Below, piece after piece: positions 27,929 to 34,878 of a stretch of DNA of 34,878 nt. The translations under genes and the position numbers were made by a program. This stretch comes from Chrysochromulina tobinii (lineage: Eukaryota). The stretch lies in NCBI GenBank assembly GCA_001275005.1, contig JWZX01003127.1:1-34878 (forward strand), given 5' to 3'. Position 1 is the stretch's first letter. Every line of letters begins with the position of its first letter. The notes beneath the pieces were generated by a model. That model did not search any database, was not told the DNA's origin, and worked only from the letters and a program-made list of their open reading frames with translations.

Positions 27929-28981
27929 ATGGACCCCACTCCCGCCAACTCGCCCTCTCCCAAAGGCAGCACGCTGCGCCAACGCCGGGCGACCTCGGCT
28001 CAGAAGGACCGTCAGCAGCTCGAGCTCCAGATTTCCTCTGCGTCTCTGTCTGCCGTGCCTACAGCCGTGCAGTACGTGCAGCAGTTTGCGCCGCTGCTTG
28101 TGCGTGCGGCGGAGTTGATAGCGCACGTCGGCCCCGTGTACTTTCGTGCGGCGGCGTTCGCCGCATCCGTGTACCAAACACTCCCGCTCGACGTGTTGCA
28201 AGCGCTGCTCGGCCTTGGGCTGTGCTTCTTTGGCGGATCATACTATGCCAGCATTGCAGCTGTGGAGGCCTTCATGATGGTCGGCGGGTCGACGACCCGA
28301 GCGGCCCTAGAAGACATTTACGATGACGTTCTGCTCATCCAGGAGGCGCATGAGCGCGATGAACAGCAACAGGCGGCCGCGCGCGAGCGGCACGTCTCGG
28401 GCTTGAAGCCAGCCGAGCTCGTGCAGCGCAAGGTGCGCGTCGCCGTGCTAGCCGTTCGCGACCCAGAGAAGCTCTCGCAAGCCATCGGTGGCCTCTACGC
28501 TGGCTGGATCGCCGTCCAGGGGACGTTGCGCCTCGAGTTCGCCAAGACGATCACCCTCGGCGTCTCGATCGCAGCCATGCTCGATCGGCCGGCACTCCGG
28601 TATGGGCTGCCCGTCCTCGCGCATGCCCTCCCCAAGGAATTCCACAGGTGGCTGCCGACGGTGATCCGAACAGTCTGCAAGCTGGCCGCCGTGATGGTCG
28701 CGTGGTGGCTCGCCGTCGCAATCGCTGCCTTCCAGTCGGCCCTCCGCGGCGGCCTTATGTGCTCGCGAGCCCTCCTGCGCTGGGCGAATGCTAAGGGCAT
28801 CGTCGCATTCACGCCCGAGGACAGCACGCTCGATGAGGGGCTCGGCTATGCGCTCTGCGCCCTCGGCTTCTACACGCAGTGGGTGTGGGGCTTCTCCATG
28901 CCGTTCCCGTTCAACATCGTCCTCATGCCCTTCACACTGGTCGAATGGTACCTTCGCTGGTCCATCACGTCAACACCGTGA
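27929..28981 (+). CDS. Hypothetical multi-pass membrane protein
   Basis: 350-aa ATG-initiated ORF with strongly GC3-biased codons and several hydrophobic segments (LLGLGLCFFGG; AAVMVAWWLAVAIAAFQSALRGG; FSMPFPFNIVLMPF). Confidence 0.8.
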   Translation: MDPTPANSPSPKGSTLRQRRATSAQKDRQQLELQISSASLSAVPTAVQYVQQFAPLLVRAAELIAHVGPVYFRAAAFAASVYQTLPLDVLQALLGLGLCFFGGSYYASIAAVEAFMMVGGSTTRAALEDIYDDVLLIQEAHERDEQQQAAARERHVSGLKPAELVQRKVRVAVLAVRDPEKLSQAIGGLYAGWIAVQGTLRLEFAKTITLGVSIAAMLDRPALRYGLPVLAHALPKEFHRWLPTVIRTVCKLAAVMVAWWLAVAIAAFQSALRGGLMCSRALLRWANAKGIVAFTPEDSTLDEGLGYALCALGFYTQWVWGFSMPFPFNIVLMPFTLVEWYLRWSITSTP

Positions 28982-29423
28982 CCCTCGCCCGAGCGGACTT
29001 GCGCGCCGCGCCGTGGCGCCGACGCGTCAACGAGGGAGGGGGAGAGGGCGCGCGCCGCGGCGGGCCTCTGCCGCCTATGTGCGGTGTGCAGCTGGTGTCG
29101 CGCCTGTTGGGTGCTCGCGTCGGCGTCCGTCCCGCCGTACTTTTTCGATTCTCGTGTGACGTCTATCGACAACGGACCGAAGTCGTGATCTGCGGCTGAT
29201 GCGGTCCCGCGACTACGTTTTTGATATTTGTCGTCCGGACACCTCCCCGCGCTCAGACACACCGCGGCGCGTACAATTTGCCGCAGTACCACGCTCGGCT
29301 GAGTCGCTGTGCCCCCTCACCCGGTCCCGAGCCCCGTACCGAAAACAACACCGCCGGTGGAACCGGCCGGACCCGCGTCGATCGGCCTGTGCATGTACTT
29401 CCCGTCACGACGCACAGCCGTGC

Positions 29424-30736
29424 TCATTTCGGGGGCTCGCGGTCGCCCGCGGCGCTCTCGACCCACGCACGCGCCTTCTCCTTCACGTGCGCGACGAGCT
29501 GCGCATCGCCCGACTCGCGTGCGTACTTGAGGTACCGCGAGAAGAAATACTTCATCTTCTTCGACGAGAGGCGAAGCGAGGTGACACGTTCGAACAGTCG
29601 GCGGGTCGACTCGGGCTCTGCCTGGCGCAGCTGCATGTCGATATAGATGGACCACACGTCCACGCGCTTTGGGTAGTTGGCCAACACCCCGTCAAAGACG
29701 GTGCGACCGCGCTCGGGCAGCCCATAGCGGAACTCGAGCTGCGCAAACTTGGAGATGACCTCCACGTGGCTGGCCCGCGGGAGCGCGTCGACGGCGCGCT
29801 GCAGGATGGCCTTGGCTTGCGCCGGCACCCCGCGCGCCATCAGAGCGGTCATCCATGCGATCCAAACATCGGAGTGCGGGCGGAACTTTTTGGCAGCGAC
29901 CTCGAAAGCCGCGTCGGCGAGCAGCGCGTCGCCAGCCCGTTCGTGCATGGAGGCGACGTGCAGGTAGACCTGCTTGGGATCGCAGCCCTGCAGCGCACGC
30001 GCCACAGCCGCGGCGAGCGTCTCCTCGTCGCCGTGGGCCTTCTCAAGGTTGAGGAGCGCGGCATGGATGTTGAAGCGCTCCTTGTGCTCGGTGAGCGCAA
30101 TCGTGCGCAGCGCGCGCTCGCCTACCTGACGCGCCCTCTCGATCTCCGTCAGGTTGAGCTGGAAGGAGATGTAACGCATCCACATGTACGACGAGTTGGG
30201 CGAGCCGAGGAGCAGCCTCTCAAAGTCCTCAGCCGAACGTGGCGCACTCCCGAGCTCCGCCTCGCGCGCGGCGATTGCAGCCTCCTCGTCCCTCGCCGCC
30301 GCGGCCTCCTGCGCCCGCCGGCCTTTGCGACTTGTCTGTCCGCCCGCTGGTTCCATCTCCGCCTCAACTGCCCCATCAAGCAGGCTTGGCTGTTCGGCGC
30401 TCATCTTGGCGCTCCGGTCGTCGTCCCACACGAAGCTGGCGGACAAGGCGGGCGCTACATGTGGCACGGGCACCGCGGTCGCGGCGACGCCATTCGCGGC
30501 AGCTCGCTTAGCCAAAAGAGCGAGCAAGTCTTCCCCATAGGGGTTCGTCCCCTCCTCCTCCTCCTCCTCCTCCTCCTCTTCCTCCGGTTCCGCCTGGTCC
30601 TCCTCCTCGTCCTCCTCCTCCTCGTCCTCCTCGCCATCGCCTTCGCCTTCGTCGTCGTCGTCGTCGTCCATATCGCCGACCTCTTCCTCCTCGCCCTCCT
30701 CCTCGTCCTCGTCTTCGTCCTCGTCCTCGTCTTCGT

Positions 30737-30771
<35 letters not shown>

Positions 30772-33700
30772 CCCTCCTCATCCTCCTCGTCTTCGTGTTC
30801 GTCCTCGTCGTCCACTTTCGTCGCCTTCCGGCGGCGCAGCTCTTCCCGCACCAATACCGCGTCGTCCTCGTCGCCCTCAAGTTCGTCAAGGCGCGAGCGA
30901 CGCATGGAGCCTGAGACTTGCTTCTTCTCGGGGTTGACTTTGAGGATGGCCACCTTCACGGCTGTGCCGAGCGGGAAGGCCTCGCTCAAGTTACCCACCT
31001 TTCGGTCTGACACCTCTGTCTTGTGGCACAGCGCGTCTATCGTCGAACCATCCAGCCTTACGAAGATGCCGAACTCCGTAACCGACTTGACCTTTCCAAT
31101 GGCCACCATGCCCGCGTGCAGCGCGTCAAAGGTGAGCGACGCCTCGGGCTCCAGATACGCACCGCCCTCGACGTCAGAGCGGCGCAGCGAGAGAGGCAGC
31201 GCGCCGCGGGTGACTCCCTTGCGAGGGAGCGCCCGAGCCACCACAAGCGAGCCGACGGGCACGAGCTCGCTCACGGCCTCCACCTTGACGAACTCGTCCG
31301 ACAGATGGCGCAGCCCGACAAAACCGTCCACGGTGCGCGAGAGGCTGACGAAGCAGCCCTTGGCCGAGATGGCCTTGACGTAACCGCGCACGAGCTCGCC
31401 CTCCTCCACCTGCCCCGCGTCCTTGACGCGCTCATGCCCGTCGCGCTTCTTCTTGCCGCTGGCTGCCAGGGCCGCGGCCACGGCGGCCGAACGCAGCGAG
31501 ACCTCGATCCCACTGCCGCCCCCATTGCCGGTGGCGCCGGCCTCGGGCACCGCCAGCACCACCGCACGTACAAACTGGCCCGGCTCGAAAGAGCTCAGTG
31601 GCTCAGCCACCCATTCGTCGCAAATCTCCGTCGCGTGTGCGCGGCCGTAGAGCGCAGCACCAAGCTGCACGTCGAGCCCGCGACCAGGACGCGCCCGAAC
31701 GATCTTGGCGGGGACTACTGCACCAACCGCCAGCTCGCCCGCAGCTGCGCTGGCCGTGGTTGCGGCCACTCCCTTTTTCGAGGCTGTCTTGCTCGAGGTG
31801 GCGGGCAGTGGAGCAGCGGCCGCACCTAGCCGAAGCGAGAGATCGAGCTGGATACCCCCGCCATCGTCGCGCGGCGAGCCCGTGCCCAGCACGCGCACCG
31901 TGACGGCCATGCCGACGCGAAAGTGTTTGGCCAGACGGGTCAGGACCTTCGGGTCGTCGGAGGCCTCGATCGCGACGACGCGACCAGTGGCGGCATAGCT
32001 CAGGCACACCCACACGGCCTCCGCGCTGACGTCGCGCACCCAGCCCGGGTGGATTTGCCCCGCCGCGAGGCTGCTCATCGAGACGCGTGGCACCGGCATC
32101 GATCCTCTCGGCGCGCCGAGCTCTGCTGGGCGCATGCTCAGCTCCACAGAGCCCCCTGCCCGGCCGACGACCACGACGTGGATAGGCTCGTCAGGCACGG
32201 TCGTGGGCAGCACGGCGTCACGCCCCACGTCGGCAAGCTCGGTCATATGGATGCGGCCGCGGACAGCGCCCTTCCGATCCAGCCGGCACACGAGCTGCCC
32301 GTGATCGCCGAGCGCCACCGCCGTCGCGAGGCTGTGCCTACCCTCAACGGCCTCCTCTAGCCGACTTGTCCAGCTCACATCGCCCTCCGCTTCCGCCTCC
32401 GCCGCACCGGGCCGCTCCTTGCGCTTCTTAGCAGGCTGGTCGGCCGTGAGCTTGTCGGTGGTCTCCTTTTTGCCCGCAGCCGCGCGGTTGAGCAGCGCGC
32501 CGGCGGGGCGTGAGGCGGCTTCCTCGGCAGAAAGGAGCGTTAGGAGCATCTTGCGCTGCGCGGGGTCGCACGAGATGACCGTGCACGAGACGACCTGCCC
32601 CTCGCGATAACACGCCGTTGGCTCGCTCTCCCAGAGTGCGCCGAAACGAGCCTTGAGCTCCGAGCCACGCACAATGCCGCTGACGCCACCGAGCAGCCGG
32701 ATGGTGATCGAGCGCGGCCGCAGAGCAGCAACCACGCCGTGCGTCGTGAGGCCGGGCGTCGCGTCTTCATAGCGGGTGACGCGCGGGAGCGTCGAGGTCA
32801 CGAGCGCCGTCTTGAGCGAGAGGACGAGCTTCTCGCGCAACGGCTCACTCTCGAGCACGAGGCACTGCACCGCCTGCCCCGTACTGAACTTTTCCTGAGG
32901 CCGCTGCAGCCGCCGCTCGGTCAGGTGCGCCGCGCCGCACGTGCCGTACACGCCGCGGCCGAGGCGCACGCGTGCGCCACGCGCGTCGATGCGGGCAATC
33001 GTCCCTTTGAGCACGTGCCCCACCGCCACCTGCTCGTACCGCAGCCACGTCTGTGAGAGAGCCGAGGGGCGCAGGCTCACCTCGAGGAGCCCCTCGAGCC
33101 ACCGAATGCCCATGACGACGCCGCGATGGCGCGCACCCACCTTGAGCTGGCGCAGTGCATCCGCGGCCTTCTGGCGCGGCTGCAGGTCGAGCTGGCTCCT
33201 GGCCACCCAGGCGCCACCGATGAGTGTGCCGCTCGCCCCTTCGCCCATCTCCTCTGTCGCGGTCGCAGAGCGCGCCTTCTTCCGGCTCCTACCGGTGTCG
33301 TCATCCGCAGCTCCATCGCCCGAGACGACGCCCGAAGTGTCCGACTCGGCCTGGGCTACGATGAGTGCCCCGCCTGGACAGACGATGCAGGTCGTGGTTT
33401 GCACGAGCGATCCCAGAGGCCGCGGCGGCGTGTACGGGATACACGCGACCAGCGACGGCACCAGCGAGAGGCCAACGGCCTTGTGTGCTGGCAGCACCCA
33501 GAGCAGGCGCGCACTGACCTTCGCGCCGACTGTGAAGCGTTTGGCCCATTGGGGCGACGTCATGGGCATGGCCACCCCGAGCGCATCGCACGCGACGGTG
33601 CCTTCAAAGTAGCCGCAGAAGACGAGCCGCAGCCCGTCGGCGAGGAAGCCCGCAATCTGCGCGCTCACCACCATGCCCGGTTGCAGCGCCTCGAAGCGCA

Positions 33701-34754
33701 ACGCAGTGTCCTGAGGCAGCGGCAGCGGCGGCGCACCGGCACCCACCGAGGCCAGTTGCACCGGCTTGCGCGGCTGCTGCACGCCGCCGCTCACCACGCT
33801 GCACAGGTACGGTCGCCAGCGCGCCGCGGAAGCGGTCGGGTCGGCGGCAGCACTACCGCCGCCGGCCGCCAACCCTTCCGATGGCACTCTCTCCGGCGGC
33901 ACCCACTTCGTCTTATGCAGAAACCCGCCGGCCTGGGAGGTCGTGTGCATCACGAAGCCGTACTCTTCGCTCGAGCGCATCGTTGCCCATAGCACGCATC
34001 CCCGATGCAGCCGCGGCGTCTGCGCGAGAGCCGCCTTCTGCACGATGGAGAGCCGTAACGTGAGCTCTACAGGTGGAAGTCCGTGCTCTGGCGTTGGAGT
34101 CGCGCCCACTCGCGAGCTGAGTGGGAGCACAGCACAGCACAGCACCTCGCCGCGCCGGAAAATGCGTCGCAGGTCAGGCGGCGTGAAGCCCGCGCCTTCC
34201 TGCTCGTCCTCGTCCACGGTCATGGCCGCATGAAGCTCGTCGCTCACCTCGCTGCGGTTGATGCGCCCTGTGTGCCGGTTGGGAAGCTGCAGGAGCAGAC
34301 GATCGGAGCTCACCTCGCTCACGGCACCGAGCACGCGCATGCCCGTGACGAAGTCCTGGCGCTTCAGCCCTCGCGCGCGCACAAGCTCCGCCGTGGAGCT
34401 CGTGCCGCCACCAGCTCGGCGCTCGGCAACGCCAGCAGCCTCATCATCGTTGGTTGGAGCCGCCTCGCTGAAGAGGACATCCTGGTGCGCCTGCTGCACG
34501 ACCGCCTTGTACTCCAAGGGAGTGAGATCCGTGCCGCCGCCGCGAGGAAAGGGCGCCGCCTCATCAGTCTCCCAGCTGCTTGCAGCAGCGGAGGACAAGG
34601 CGGAGGGTGCGGATGCAGCGTTGGCTTTGCCGAGGGTCCGGCGGAGCTCGCGGCTGAGGGCGCCGTCGTCGGCCGGCGCTCGCTTGGCGGCCTCGTGGGT
34701 ACGCCGAGCTTTCGGTGCGGCTGTGGACGTGCTCGAGCTCGAGCGCTTCACCAT
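29424..34754 (-). CDS. RRP5: rRNA biogenesis protein RRP5 (PDCD11): tandem S1 domains plus C-terminal HAT/TPR repeats
   Basis: N-terminal FPRGG motif and multiple S1 repeats (e.g. GELVRGYVKAISAKGCFVSL, GKVKSVTEFGIFVRL). An acidic linker precedes PRSAEDFERLLLGSPNSSYMWMRYISFQL...ERGRTVFDGVLANYPKRVDVWSIYID...KKMKYFFSRYL. Confidence 0.96.
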
Positions 34755-34854
34755 GACGAGAACCCCGACAGTCGACGTCGCCGTGTGACGCGTTTCGGCT
34801 GAGGATGCCTATCGCAGAAAGACACGGTACAGTGAGTCTCCGCGACATTGCGAC

Positions 34855-34878
34855 GGGGGGGGGGGGGGGGGGGGGGGG
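34855..34878. repeat. Terminal poly-G run
   Basis: Uninterrupted G homopolymer running to the window end. It may be a sequencing or assembly end artefact. Confidence 0.7.

Noticed and set aside
29199..30914. Long antisense or alternative-frame ORFs (29199-30914, 6204-7397, 15003-16118, 13608-14564, 3892-4824)
   Set aside because: These are shadow ORFs of well-supported genes, caused by high GC3 and low-complexity tracts. For example, the poly-Leu/Val stretch is the antisense of the RRP5 acidic linker.
34855..34878. Poly-G run as a G-quadruplex or regulatory element in the RRP5 promoter
   Set aside because: It runs to the very end of the window, which fits a contig-end or two-colour-chemistry artefact, and it cannot be evaluated from this sequence.

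Overview
This is gene-dense, GC-rich, intron-poor eukaryotic nuclear DNA. At least two proteins carry signal-plus-transit-like leaders, which suggests an alga with a complex plastid, possibly a haptophyte (inference). About 16 protein genes are supported: an LRR protein, a FLASH/CASP8AP2-N-like coiled-coil protein, a PPR protein, a TPT-family translocator, a CAMK/AMPK-like kinase, an S53 sedolisin, a small membrane protein, TAF8, AP-1 gamma-adaptin, a syntaxin-6-N protein, a PHR1/PSR1-like MYB-CC factor, a degenerate HAD plus zinc-ribbon protein, an FN3+SAM protein, a conserved charged protein, a TPR plus Asp/Asn beta-hydroxylase, a further membrane protein and RRP5. Many of these are arranged head-to-head. 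The most interesting signals lie outside the ORF track. (1) A double-guide box C/D snoRNA at 18610-18697 is complementary to two conserved 18S rRNA segments and appears to be nested in a 3'-UTR intron. (2) A ~230-bp element at 24623-24855 has flanking direct repeats, imperfect terminal inverted repeats, five tandem hairpins and splice-site-like ends, resembling a MITE or introner. (3) A ~65-85 bp dispersed repeat is shared in inverted orientation between ~3.8 kb and ~19.5 kb. (4) A stand-alone 90-aa protein resembles the metazoan histone-mRNA-processing FLASH N-terminal domain. All family assignments come from motif recognition by eye, not from database searches.
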